The translations under genes and the position numbers were made by a program. The notes beneath the pieces are model-generated. The model was not told where the DNA came from. It worked only from the letters and a program-made list of their open reading frames with translations, and did no database searches. DNA of 64,000 nucleotides from positions 15,836,383-15,900,382 of the forward strand of contig NC_068993.1 of the NCBI RefSeq assembly GCF_001194135.2. The letters run 5' to 3'. This document shows positions 38,295 through 50,854 of the stretch, one piece after another. This DNA is from Octopus bimaculoides. Lineage: Eukaryota. The number at the start of each line of letters is the position of its first letter. The first letter of the stretch is position 1.

Positions 38295-38385
38295 CATATA
38301 TACATCTAAATTCATTCATACATTTCATGCTCATCAAGCACAAAGAAGACAATAGAAGATTAGTTGCCTCATACTCACTGCTGGT

Positions 38386-38644
38386 GTGGAGACGCGTGGG
38401 TTAGTGGTTAGGGTGTCAGCATCATGATCGTAAGATTGTGGTTTCGATTCCTAGACCGGGTGACGCGTTGTGTTCTTGAGTAAAACACTTCATTTCCCGT
38501 TGCTCCAGTCCACTCAGCTGGCCAAAATGACTAACGCGGCGATGGACTGGCGTCCCGTCCAGCTGTGGAACACATACGCCACTGAAACCGGGGAACCGGA
38601 CACATGAGCCTGGCTAGGCCTTAAAAGGGCGCATTTATTATTTT
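38386..38644 (+). mobile_element. Family-D tRNA-derived SINE
   Basis: Family-A-like head, core TGTGTTCTTGAGTAAAACACTTCATTTCCCGTTGCTCCAGTCCACTCAGCTG, distinct tail; 14-bp TSD TACTCA(C/T)TGCTGGT at 38372-85 and 38645-58. Confidence 0.88.
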
Positions 38645-39613
38645 TACTCATTGCTGGTAACATAAATTAGTGACAGAACATATTATGTCCAGCAGATATA
38701 TCCTGAAATTCGAATGCCTCCTATCAGTTCGTAAATATTTCTTCGTTCGACGGTTAAATGTCATTTTGATTTTAATACAACAATTGAATTCTACGGACCA
38801 AAATACAGACACTTTTGTAGTCATTAAGACAAAGACATAAACATTAAAATAGATCGGTTAGCTAGTGACAATGCAGCATCATATAAGAAATACAACGGAT
38901 AAGTCTGACTACGAAAGAGACGTAACATCCCAAAATAAGATTAGTAGGTTTCGAGTAGAAATACCGAACTGCTTGCTAAAAGCCGACGGGAGAAACATCC
39001 AAGTACAAACAGCAGATGGACTAATTGACCGATTCTATACAAAACAATCATTAACAAAAAAGCTCACACAGAAACATTTGAAAAAGACAAAAAAAAAACT
39101 CTCTTGCAATCTCTTACAAAACACCTCAAATACCATCAAAATAACATTCATTTTCATCAATAATAATTTGAACATTATTTTCGTTTCCTATTCTTATATT
39201 AATTTATATGTATGTACGTATCTATCTAACTATCTATCTATCGATCCATCTATCACTCACTCTTACNNNNNNNNNNNNNNNNNNNNNNNNNNNNNNNNNN
39301 NNNNNNNNNNNNNNNNNNNNNNNNNNNNNNNNNNNNNNNNNNNNNNNNNNNNNNNNNNNNNNNNNNNNNNNNNNNNNNNNNNNNNNNNNNNNNNNNNNNN
39401 NNNNNNNNNNNNNNNNNNNNNNNNNNNNNNNNNNNNNNNNNNNNNNNNNNNNNNNNNNNNNNNNNNNNNNNNNNNNNNNNNNNNNNNNNNNNNNNNNNNN
39501 NNNNNNNNNNNNNNNNNNNNNNNNNNNNNNNNNNNNNNNNNNNNNNNNNNNNNNNNNNNNNNNNNNNNNNNNNNNNNNNNNNNNNNNNNNNNNNNNNNNN
39601 NNNNNNNNNNNNN

Positions 39614-39662
<49 letters not shown>

Positions 39663-39871
39663 GAGACAGAGAGAAAGAGAGAGAGATAGAAGGAGATATG
39701 TGTGTTTTTGGTTTGTGTGTTTCTATTGCGTATATCCAACTACTATCTTTATTTTATTTTTATTTAGTCATATTTCAATCTGAAATTTTATCATTGATTT
39801 AATGTCTGATTTATTATTTTCTTTTTATATAATATTTTGACTGGACACCTTTTTGGGAAGAATCATAGATA

Positions 39872-40102
39872 GGCGGCGAGCTGGCAGAAACGTTAGCACG
39901 CCGGGCGAAATGCTTAGCGGTATTTCGTATGCCGTTACGTTCTGAGTTCAAATTCCGCCGAGGTTGACTTTGCCATTCGTCCTTTCGGGGTCGATAAATT
40001 AAGAACCAGTTACGCACTGGAGTCGATGTGATCGACTTAATCCGTTTGTCTGTCCTTGTTTGTCCCCTCTATGTTTAGCCCCTTGTGGGCAATAAAGAAA
40101 TA
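39872..40102 (+). mobile_element. Full-length family-C SINE (C1 tail)
   Basis: Cleanest copy; A box TGGCAGAAACG, B box GAGTTCAAATTCC, core TTTGCCATTCGTCCTTTCGGGGTCGATAAATTAAG. Confidence 0.95.
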
Positions 40103-41176
40103 AGATAGATAGATAGATAAACACACATATATATGTATGCACGTATCTATGCATGTGTGTATGTATGTATGTATGTATGTAGGTATGTATGTAAAGTTGG
40201 AAGTGTTTAAGAAATTGTATGGCTATAAAAATAGAAGACGTTTGAATGCATCATATTGTGATAAAAACAATTTCTCCTAAAAAAAAAATAACAACCAATC
40301 TATATTGGATTAAATTCGAACTTGCTTATGTCGGACAAAATACGTTAGGAAAAATTTAGTCAAAAAACGTAGAAGATTTAGAAATTTCGCATAACAAACT
40401 AAAATAAATGTGTACCTCAGAAAATGATAATATAATAAATGAAATAAATTCGACAAAAGAATTATCCGTTAGTTGAAATGGTTTCTCTGCATCGAAAGTC
40501 GTGGTAAAGGAGAAGCATTAAACAAATAATTTCAAACACAAATTTTACAAAACAATCAAAATTTGAATGTTTGCAAAATGGGAGAGAAGAAGCCAAATGA
40601 GATCAAAGTATTAAAAAAAGGAAACCAAATAAGCGAAAATAACCGTATAAAAATTCGATATTATAAGAATGCAACAAGGTTAAAATATTGAATGATTTTT
40701 GAAGAAAAATATCAAAAGAACTATGATGTAATAACGATTAGATAAAATAGAAACTAGTTTTATAGTGTAAATCAATAGATATTTAAAATTCAGATAGTGT
40801 GGTCATGTATGTGTGCATGCGTAGGTCTCTCTCTCTCTCTCTGTCCCTCTCTCTCTATCTCTATCTCTTCCTCTCTCTGTATGAGTGTGTGCACGCGCGT
40901 GTGAAATTGTGGTTTCGCTTCCAGCGCCTGCGTACCTTACTTTTGTTTTTCATTAAGTGCCCAAAAAGTTAAGCATAAAACGCCTTTCCACACACGGATC
41001 ATATTTTATTAACATAAAGGTATAGGTACAGATACATACACACACACACACACATACACACTTACATATGGGGAAGATTTGAGTGTTTACATGTTCACAA
41101 GCATATATATATATATATATACTTACATATACATTCAATATATATTTATGTATGCATATCTATCTATCTATCTATC

Positions 41177-41253
<77 letters not shown>

Positions 41254-41284
41254 GTATATATGTATATATATATAAATATATGTG

Positions 41285-41475
41285 TGCATATATGGGTACA
41301 GAACGTCACTAAAAGTAAACAACATGAAACGTGAAAACAAATGGGTGAAACACGCACATAACGAGAGAAAAGTTTGAAAACAAGACAAGTAATACAAAAC
41401 ACGACCCTTCTTAAGTCGTCCGGGAGTAGATAGACAGCCGACAACTGAGGAAGTGTCGTTCTTTTTATTACTTCA
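41285..41475 (-). mobile_element. Family-E repeat with a short inverted second arm
   Basis: Reverse complement of the family-E terminus at 41285-41307; AACACGACCCTTCTTAAGTCGTC is inverted against GACAACTGAGGAAGTGTCGTTC. Confidence 0.45.
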
Positions 41476-41686
41476 CAGTAGTAGTAAATACATACATACA
41501 TACATATATACATAGACACACACACACATACAACACGAGATGTGTTCCGTTATTTAAAAGTAGATAGTAAACGAGGCATTACTAAATGAAATACTAACGA
41601 ATAGAAATTCAATAAAATTTATTAAATGTGTAATTTAAAAAGAAAGCAGACAGCTTCAATATTAGTTAAAGGTTACCAAGAGAATA

Positions 41687-41742
41687 CGCAATGATGCTCA
41701 CGCAATGATGCTCACGCAATGATGCTCACGCAATGATGCTCA
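41687..41742. repeat. Perfect 14-bp tandem repeat x4 (CGCAATGATGCTCA)
   Basis: Direct reading. Confidence 0.97.
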
Positions 41743-41889
41743 TGAAGAGAACTGGATGCAGTTCCTCGTTATGATCACGCACTAAGACCACAGAAGTTTG
41801 AAAATTATGTTCTTAAACATCTGAGTGTCAAAGTAGCTGATTCAACCGAATCTTCTTTTAGAGTGAATGTCCATCTTATGAAATTTAAA

Positions 41890-42900
41890 TGAGGTAACTC
41901 GAATCATCCTCTAGTAGCACTTACAATATCGGATGACACGTGGGCGGAGGTGTTTCTCTTCAACATTTTCAAGTAGCTGACCCGGTCAGTGCAAACGGAC
42001 GTTGGATTTGACATGCTCAGGAAACGAATCATAACTACTTTCAAAATATTCAGCCTGAAATGGACAGTTGAAACAAATCCGATAAAATTAAAGTTTCTGA
42101 ACATTAAGACGAACATTATCTCTAAACACACGTGCTATTCATAATTTAAATGCCGTCAGTTATATAGCTATACTACATCAAATTTGCTACCTAATATCCT
42201 TTCTCTTGACTAAAGATATTTGGTAGCATAAGCAAGATCGTATTCTGCTTTATCTTGCGATAATCTTATATTTAACAAAGATATTAGACGTGCTTATAAT
42301 AAGAAAAATCAAATAAAAAACGCCGCAAACGCTCAAGAACGTTGAAAATCATTTGGTGCAACCCACCGTGCAGTATTAATGCAAAAACTTGTTGTAAAGA
42401 ACTTCTACTTCATCATTAATACACTTCCGGTGAGAACACAAACTGCATCAAAAGTTCTTAACAAGAAGTCACGAGCAACATTCTCAGCAAAATGTTCTAC
42501 TCCATGGAAATCATATGCCTTGAAACAACCTGTGTATTTTGCGCTAATATATTCTTCGTTACCGTAACAGACAGTAAAAAAATTAGCCTGCTGTATAGAA
42601 TTAACGGAAAACATATTCAAAGCATCCCTACACCTAAAATATAAACTATTCCATCATCGCCTTTTGGAATAATGCAGCGCTAACCGAACATAAACACAAA
42701 CATATAAGCAATGATAACCGGAACGCCCACATGTAGGAACAAATCCAAGAATTCACTCCAACAGATATTCTCCATAGCATTCCTCCTTAGTCCTAAACAC
42801 AATTTTGAATTTCATCTAAAGTTGTACTAAAAATTAATCTCCTTGCTAATCAACTTCAAATTAGACAAAACTCCGGAAAAGTGTGAAAACAATGGACCTT
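41890..42900 (+). pseudogene. Decayed Penelope-like element ORF (RT C-terminal part, linker, GIY-YIG endonuclease)
   Basis: Frameshifted YRDD at 41927-37; LRKRIITTFKIFSLKWTVETNPIKLKFLNI at 42016-105; RRKRSRTLKIIWCNPPCSINAKT at 42321-89; CIELTENIFK at 42592-621. These match PLE motifs YRDD, RKKIIKIF..L.ITIETN...VNFLD, IIWFNPP and YIGLTE..FK in the correct order; many stops and frameshifts. Confidence 0.8.
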
Positions 42901-43099
42901 AGCGACAATACATATCTCGGCTTATTACTAAATACGTAACCAGCCATGTTACCAATCATGAGAACAACAACATTATTAACTCTGAAACATAACCATCTGA
43001 TGGTACCCGTGTCAAAGAACAAAGGTTATCAACAACACTATTAACAATGCGCTTACGTGGTTCGACGTTATCCATAACACTCCTGGTGATCACCTGACA

Positions 43100-43709
43100 G
43101 ATCAAGCACATGAGGAAGCTGTATAGGAGCATACTTTCCAAAACGGATCTTTTGGAGAGATGGTGCTACATTTAAATGAAATGCCTCAATTAACTGTCAC
43201 AACTTCATCTACCGGATAGCTGAGAATCTGCATATTATGGACGAGTATCGTATTAATTTACCAGGAGTTACAATATGGTGCAGTTTATCATCAAAAGGAT
43301 TAATTAGACAATTCTTTCTTATACGAAACTGCAGCTGGTCACTTACTAATATAAGAGCCTACCTGGATGAGATTTTGTTAAACTGCTAGAATTAGACCAT
43401 AACGCTTAAGTAGAATTCTTTCCGCCTTCCACACTAGGCTTTTTAATGCGGATTATGTGAAGATAGAAAATATAGTTTTCTATGCAAAACACGTGGCAGT
43501 CGAGGAATTGAGAGCAGCTATACGCAGAAATACGGAATGAAGTGATTCTTGGTTTTTGTCATTCCATTGCTTCACGTTATCAACATACGTTAAAAACAGA
43601 CAATCATAAACAATTTCTGTCTCTAGATTTTGAAAGTTTACTGTATTTAATTGAACATTGACATGGTAATTAATTCAATAAATCTATACAGTTTTTGGAA
43701 CACCCTGTA
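43100..43709 (+). mobile_element. Tc1/mariner-superfamily transposon relic (DD37D/maT-like) with 3' TIR
   Basis: 43147-43320 translates IFWRDGATFK*NASINCHNFIYRIAENLHIMDEYRINLPGVTIWCSLSSKGLIRQFFL, followed by IRAYLDE, VEELRAAIR and CHSIASRYQ; ends GTTTTTGGAACACCCTG+TA at 43691-709. Left end not found. Confidence 0.82.
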
Positions 43710-43713
43710 TGAA

Positions 43714-43759
<46 letters not shown>

Positions 43760-43771
43760 TANNNNNNNNNN

Positions 43772-43809
<38 letters not shown>

Positions 43810-44020
43810 TTCACACATACATACATACACGCCTGCATACATACATAGATAGATATAAACATACATATACATACATACACACATTTACGAATAGAAGGGT
43901 TACAAAAAAATGTTTTCACACATTTACATTCCCAAAAACCCATATATTCATGCATACATACATGCATACATACATACATACAAACATACACACATGCTTG
44001 TATACATATATATACATACA

Positions 44021-44054
<34 letters not shown>

Positions 44055-44534
44055 ACACACACACACATATATGTATGTATAAATGGAGAGAAGAGGGGTG
44101 TTGAATGTTGAACACATTGTAATGAATGTGCAAACGTTATCCGACATAGATCGCTACAGAATATGACGCCACACTAATACATCATCGAACTGGTGCAATG
44201 ATGTGCTCAATGCACAACACATGCACGTGTTTGCTAACACACTTGCTCTATCTCTCTTTCCCCTCCTTCTCTCTCTTTCTTTCTCTCTCTCTCTCTCTCA
44301 TTAAAGTTATCAATTTCATCTCTCACCATGACAAACATCCATACCGCCTGCAGGTAGACCCTTCGCTTATTGCTGTTTACCTGCTGATCACATTCTAATA
44401 GCTACATCTCAATCTAACTTCAACGACCCTCGTTCAAGAAATATCCCAAGGGATGAAGATTCTGTTACGTTTAGCAAAGACTTCGTATGGTCAACAATGT
44501 ATGTATGTCTGTAAGTTGGTAGGTAACTAAGTAG

Positions 44535-44580
<46 letters not shown>

Positions 44581-45028
44581 ATCTGAATTCTATCACTTAA
44601 TTTTATCGCTTCATATATACCTACATATACATATACTTACATTCATGCATATATAAATATATATTTGTACACACACACACACACACATATATATACATAC
44701 ACACACACACACATATATATATAGACATACATACATAAATGCGTAAAAGAATTCACCTCCAGGAATGTACGTATCAAGGAGTTAAATTTCTATATGAAGG
44801 ATTACAAATTACAAATTATTCTGGAGGATATAATTGAAAGGTTGAGCCTTATATAAATGTGTGTGCGTGTATGTACTTATGTATGTATGTATGTATGTAT
44901 GTATGTACTTATGTATACATATATATATATACTTATACATATATATGTACATATGCAAATATGCATATATGCATATATATATATATATATATATATATCT
45001 GTCTGTGGGTATCAGTGTGTATGCATGA

Positions 45029-45072
<44 letters not shown>

Positions 45073-46223
45073 NNNNNNNNNNNNNNNNNNNNNNNNNNNN
45101 NNNNNNNNNNNNNNNNNNNNNNNNNNNNNNNNNNNNNNNNNNNNNNNNNNNNNNNNNNNNNNNNNNNNNNNNNNNNNNNNNNNNNNNNNNNNNNNNNNNN
45201 NNNNNNNNNNNNNNNNNNNNNNNNNNNNNNNNNNNNNNNNNNNNNNNNNNNNNNNNNNNNNNNNNNNNNNNNNNNNNNNNNNNNNNNNNNNNNNNNNNNN
45301 NNNNNNNNNNNNNNNNNNNNNNNNNNNNNNNNNNNNNNNNNNNNNNNNNNNNNNNNNNNNNNNNNNNATATATATATATATATATACATATATATATAGT
45401 CATCAGAATGATACTACTGTTGCTGTAGTTTTTGCTGCTGCTCCTACTGCTATCCTCACCACTGTTGCAGCGGCTGCAGTTGCAGTTGATATAATAGTAG
45501 ATATGCAGATGGTTGATGGTTTATAGTTGATGGCTGGATGTTGTTGCATATGTATCAGTTACCTTTAAATGGTATGGTGGCCTGGTCGAGTGGTGAAAGC
45601 GGCGGCGGCGGCCATCATGGTGGTGGCTGTGGTGGTGGTGGTGGTACTGTAGCACTTTGTTAAGAGGTCTTTATTCACAGTAAGTTAAGTACTTCAATTG
45701 CTTAGATGTGAAGTGTGCAATAATACCTACCTCGGGGGCAGTGCAGTGCGTTGATGATGCACTGGCACTTCATTTGCGCTTTGTTTAATTAATGTTTACC
45801 ATGTTTGGCATTGGAGAGTAAGTGAGCAAGCGAGAGAGCAAAGGAGAGGAGAAATGGAGGGAGGTACAGACAGAGAGAGAGCATTGACTGCATATTACCG
45901 CTGCACATTTTATCTCGGTGCAAGGCTAACAGCTCCTTTTCGTCAATTGCTATTACTTATCACGTAACGGCGGTGGCTTCCGTAGTAGTAGTAGTAGTGT
46001 GATGATGATGATGAAGATAATAGAGACGAGGTAGCTGAAGATGTGAGTTAGATATAGGGAGTTTAGAGAGGGAAAATGTTTTGTGAGATCTGCGTAACTA
46101 TCGGACAAAAAGAGAAAACAGTGTTTTTTTTACACACACACATACAACAGACGCACACGCGCATGCACACACACATACGCATACATGCACGCGCATATAT
46201 ATGTATACACACACACACACAGA

Positions 46224-46276
<53 letters not shown>

Positions 46277-46486
46277 NNNNNNNNNNNNNNNNNNNNNNNN
46301 NNNNNNNNNNNNNNNNNNNNNNNNNNNNNNNNNNNNNNNNNNNNNNNNNNNNNNNNNNNNNNNNNNNNNNNNNNNNNNNNNNNNNNNNNNNNNNNNNNNN
46401 NNNNNNNNNNNNNNNNNNNNNNNNNNNNNNNNNNNNNNNNNNNNNNNNNNNNNNNNNNNNNNNNNNNNNNNNNNNNNTCCATCTTT

Positions 46487-46513
46487 CCGACGAAGGGCTA
46501 CGCCCGAAACGTC
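46487..46513 (+). other. Minimal hammerhead-ribozyme-like motif of the PLE terminal-repeat type (probably decayed)
   Basis: CCGACGA-A-GGGC-TAC-GCCC-GAAA-CGTC: core with U4C change, 4-bp stem II, palindromic ACGT stem III, GUC site; stem I not paired in this copy. Confidence 0.45.
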
Positions 46514-46611
46514 TACACTCTCACTTTCCTTTCCTGAGCGTCCAATAATACTATCCATATCACGTCCTCACTTTGTTGTTTTTGGGTTTTTTTGTTATTG
46601 CGTTTTTGAAC

Positions 46612-46648
<37 letters not shown>

Positions 46649-46772
46649 ATGGATACTGTCAACATGGCGAACACAGATCTGTCAAAGTTAAAGAAAAAAG
46701 TACGTTACATACACCACGGCAACTCTGACATAGCAATCTTCGTGATATTGGACTGGTTTTCGTGTTGAAGAT

Positions 46773-46842
46773 CATCTCGAAGAGTTATCCGGCAGACATC
46801 TCGAAGATTTATCCGGCAGACATCTCGAAGAGTTATCCGGCA
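46773..46842. repeat. 24-bp tandem repeat x about 3 (CATCTCGAAGAGTTATCCGGCAGA)
   Basis: Direct reading; one substitution in unit 2. Confidence 0.96.
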
Positions 46843-47344
46843 CTAAGAAAAAAAGAAAATGACTTCGAAGTGATTTAAACTATATAATATGCGGCTAGGA
46901 CACTCAAATTTCCTAAATTTTCTTGAATTTTTGTTGCAAACATTAGGTCTTTTTTCTTCTTCCAGTACGATGAAAGAAAATACTTCAACCCCGTCGACTA
47001 GTACTCCTCCTCGATTACTCAGGCTAGACCCTCTAAAGATCATTGCTTCTGCAACTAGGTGGGTTTATTAGTGACGGCTGAATGAAATTTCGCTTTTCTC
47101 TCCGCTTTTCTGAAATCTTAGTTGGCGTTGAGCAATGCGCTCAAAACGTGGCCCAGCATTTTAACATACCGGGTGACAACTAGAACGGATTGTGATAGAC
47201 GGGGGCACATGTTCATCAGAGTGAGCTGTCATTTAGAAGTACCTTTGTTGGAGCGATCCTTGCTAATTTTGCTCTTGGAGTTATTTGCTGTTGTTACTGT
47301 TAGACTAAATGTTAGTGGTGGGAGTGACGGTGGACGTACGGCGG

Positions 47345-47851
47345 CGATAAATATGGCATTCGTGGTGGTGGTGATCGTGGAGGTGGTGATCGTGGAGGTG
47401 GTAGCATTGGTTGTGGTGATGGTGGTTGTTATTGTTGTAGTGGTGCTGGTGGTGATCGTGGTGATCGTTGAGGTGGAGGTGGTGGCATTCGTTGTAGTGG
47501 TGTGGTGTTAGTGGTGGTGGTGGTGGAGCTGGTAATAGTGGAGGTGGAGCTGGTGGTTTCAGTGCTTATGGTGGTGGTTGAGGTGGTGATGGTGGTGGTG
47601 GAGCTAGTAATAGTGGTGTTTTTTTGTTTTGTTTGTGGTATTCGTAGTGATATCAGGCAGTTAGGATGATCGTGGTGTTGACGTTTTTCTAAATAGTGGT
47701 GATGGCGGTTGGTATGAGAGTAATCACGTCATTAGCACTACCACCTTATGGCGAAGGTGGTGGTGGTAATGACGACGGTGGAGGATAACACTGTGGGAGC
47801 GGCGGCGATAGTGATGTTGCTCATGATGATGAAGCTGGTGGTGGTGGTGGT
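47345..47851. repeat. Imperfect (GTG)n-rich repeat
   Basis: Direct reading. Confidence 0.9.
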
Positions 47852-48438
47852 NNNNNNNNNNNNNNNNNNNNNNNNNNNNNNNNNNNNNNNNNNNNNNNNN
47901 NNNNNNNNNNNNNNNNNNNNNNNNNNNNNNNNNNNNNNNNNNNNNNNNNNNNNNNNNNNNNNNNNNNNNNNNNNNNNNNNNNNNNNNNNNNNNNNNNNNN
48001 NNNNNNNNNNNNNNNNNNNNNNNNNNNNNNNNNNNNNNNNNNNNNNNNNNNNNNNNNNNNNNNNNNNNNNNNNNNNNNNNNNNNNNNNNNNNNNNNNNNN
48101 NNNNNNNNNNNNNNNNNNNNNNNNNNNNNNNNNNNNNNNNNNNNNNNNNNNNNNNNNNNNNNNNNNNNNNNNNNNNNNNNNNNNNNNNNNNNNNNNNNNN
48201 NNNNNNNNNNNNNNNNNNNNNNNNNNNNNNNNNNNNNNNNNNNNNNNNNNNNNNNNNNNNNNNNNNNNNNNNNNNNNNNNNNNNNNNNNNNNNNNNNNNN
48301 NNNNNNNNNNNNNNNNNNNNNNNNNNNNNNNNNNNNNNNNNNNNNNNNNNNNNNNNNNNNNNNNNNNNNNNNNNNNNNNNNNNNNNNNNNNGCGGCGGTG
48401 GTGGTGACGGTGGCGATAGTGATAATAGTGAGGTTGCC

Positions 48439-48478
<40 letters not shown>

Positions 48479-49178
48479 CTGATGATGACGATGCCTGTGC
48501 AGGTGATTATAATGGGTGAAGTTGAGGAATTGTGGCTCTCAATGTTTCTCACATCTCAATTTAGAGATTCACTTTGGTTTTTCAAAAAAATACATTAACT
48601 GGATAATTTAATTTCCCGAAACAACGACATTATCTAGTACTCGGTGACACACACACGCACACACACACACACAGACACACACATGCACAAACAGATGCAC
48701 ACGCATATACATACATGCCTATACGTATACACATACATACTGCATGTTCGCCTACAATTATGTGCATTCACACACAGGCACCTACTCACGCAACGCACAC
48801 ACAAACACAAACACATACACACATACATACACTCGTTCACCAACTGATACACTACAAGCACACAACACACACGCACACACACACACACACATGCACATGC
48901 CAATAAACAGTCATATACTCACACATATAGTCGCATGTGCTCATATGTATTCAACTATATATGTATATATACAACATACACACACATATACACAGACACA
49001 TAGACATACACACATACACATTCAGCCGCAAACAGACACACACTTAATATATATTCTCATGTATAGCCACAGAGTCAGATTCAAACACAATATCACACAG
49101 TAAAACAGACGGATGCATCAGCGCGGACATGCAGAGCGCACACACGCACCCGCATATGTACATAAATATACGTATATA

Positions 49179-49214
<36 letters not shown>

Positions 49215-50186
49215 TGCATACTAGCACACCCGTGGTCACTAGGTTATATGTTTGGACAAAGATACGCCATTACACATCTAACTGTACAGATAAATACTTT
49301 TAAGTTTACATGTATTTTATGCGCTTGTTTAAACGTGTGTACATTCGCCATTTTCATTCGTTCATACATACATACGTGCATTCGTACATGCGTGCATGTA
49401 TGCATACATACCCTACACATATAAATATATATATTATATATACATACATATATATATATATACATGTATATATAAAAGGATAGATGTCTATTTCTATAAA
49501 TGTGTGTATGTGCGAGTGTGTGTGCATATTTACGGACATATATGCATATCTATGTACATGTGTGTGTGTGTCTGTGTATAAATTTCTGTATGTGTTGTGT
49601 GTGTAAGTTTGTAAGTGTGTGTGTGTATATATATATATGTCTGTGTGTAGTGTTTGTGTGACCGTGTGTGTTTATGTGTCTGTCTGTGTGTGTATGTGTT
49701 TAAAGTTTCGATGCAAGCTGTAAGAATCTTTCTAATGCTTAATATTCTTGTATTTCCTAACAGTCTACCCAAGAAGACAAGGTTATATATTGAATAGAAA
49801 GAGTGAAAAACTTCAGAGTAAACCAAGAGGTCGATTATAAAGACTCTTGTAATAGGTTGCAAGTCCAATATGCCAGCACGTATTTAGCTCAGGTCAATGG
49901 CATGTCGTGTCTAATAACGTAGGCAAACGATTACGAGCAAGAAATGTCCTTGGAACAAATTAAATAGAGGGTTTGAATTCGAACAACACCGCAAGGCAAC
50001 TGACAAATGTGGGAATTAGATTTTGAGATTTTTATACAGCAGAAAGGTGATAAATTGTTCACCAATCAAAGTCTGCCATGTTAATTGGTGTAGACGTAGC
50101 CATTTTCGAGAGGTAGAGATTTGTGGCTTTGTTTTCAAAGTAGCTTAAGAGCTCCAGTAATGTAGAGTTTTTCAAACTAAAGAGAC

Positions 50187-50258
<72 letters not shown>

Positions 50259-50345
50259 CAGAGAGAGAGGAAAAGAGAGAGAGGAAAAGAGAGAGAGAGA
50301 CAGACAGAAAGAACGACACAGAGAGAGAGAGAGAGAGAGAGAGAG
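50187..50345. repeat. (GA)n microsatellite with interruptions
   Basis: Direct reading. Confidence 0.96.
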
Positions 50346-50854
50346 TGACATGGTAAGCAAATGAGAGGGGTTCAAGCAAAAGGAGCGAAAAACAAGATGG
50401 TGACAGAGAATGTTAGTGAGAAGGACGGATACAGTATAGAACGATTAGAACGGACTTGTTGAAGAGCGTCGATAGACTGAAGTGGACAGTGGACATGTTA
50501 TAAAAGAAGATATATTTTTTTCACTCATGTATGACAGCCGCATAGAAAATTTAGAAATTCCGCTGTGTGATCCAAAACATTTTGTCAGACAATCTTCTAA
50601 TTTCCTATTCTATCTCGTCTTTTGCTTTTTTCTGTGTATCTATATCTATTTCACCGTTTATCATTTCCTTCCGTAGATTGCTTAATCTACTGGTCTTCCT
50701 TATTTCTATCGTTCCCACATATATGTGTGTGTTGGTGTCTGTCTGTGCATGAGTGTGTTTGTGAGTGTGCATGTACGTGTTTCTGTGTGTATGTGTATGT
50801 AGGTGTGTCTGTATGTGTTTGTATGAGTGTGTGTGCGTGGCGCAATCGTACTTT

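Noticed and set aside
38865-39266. 134 stop-free codons (MTMQHHIRNTTDK...)
   Set aside because: No recognisable domain; the second half is A-rich low complexity running into a microsatellite and gap
46773-46842. Short tandem repeats as possible CRISPR-like arrays (also 41687 and 53951)
   Set aside because: Units are contiguous with no unique spacers, the context is eukaryotic, and no cas genes are present
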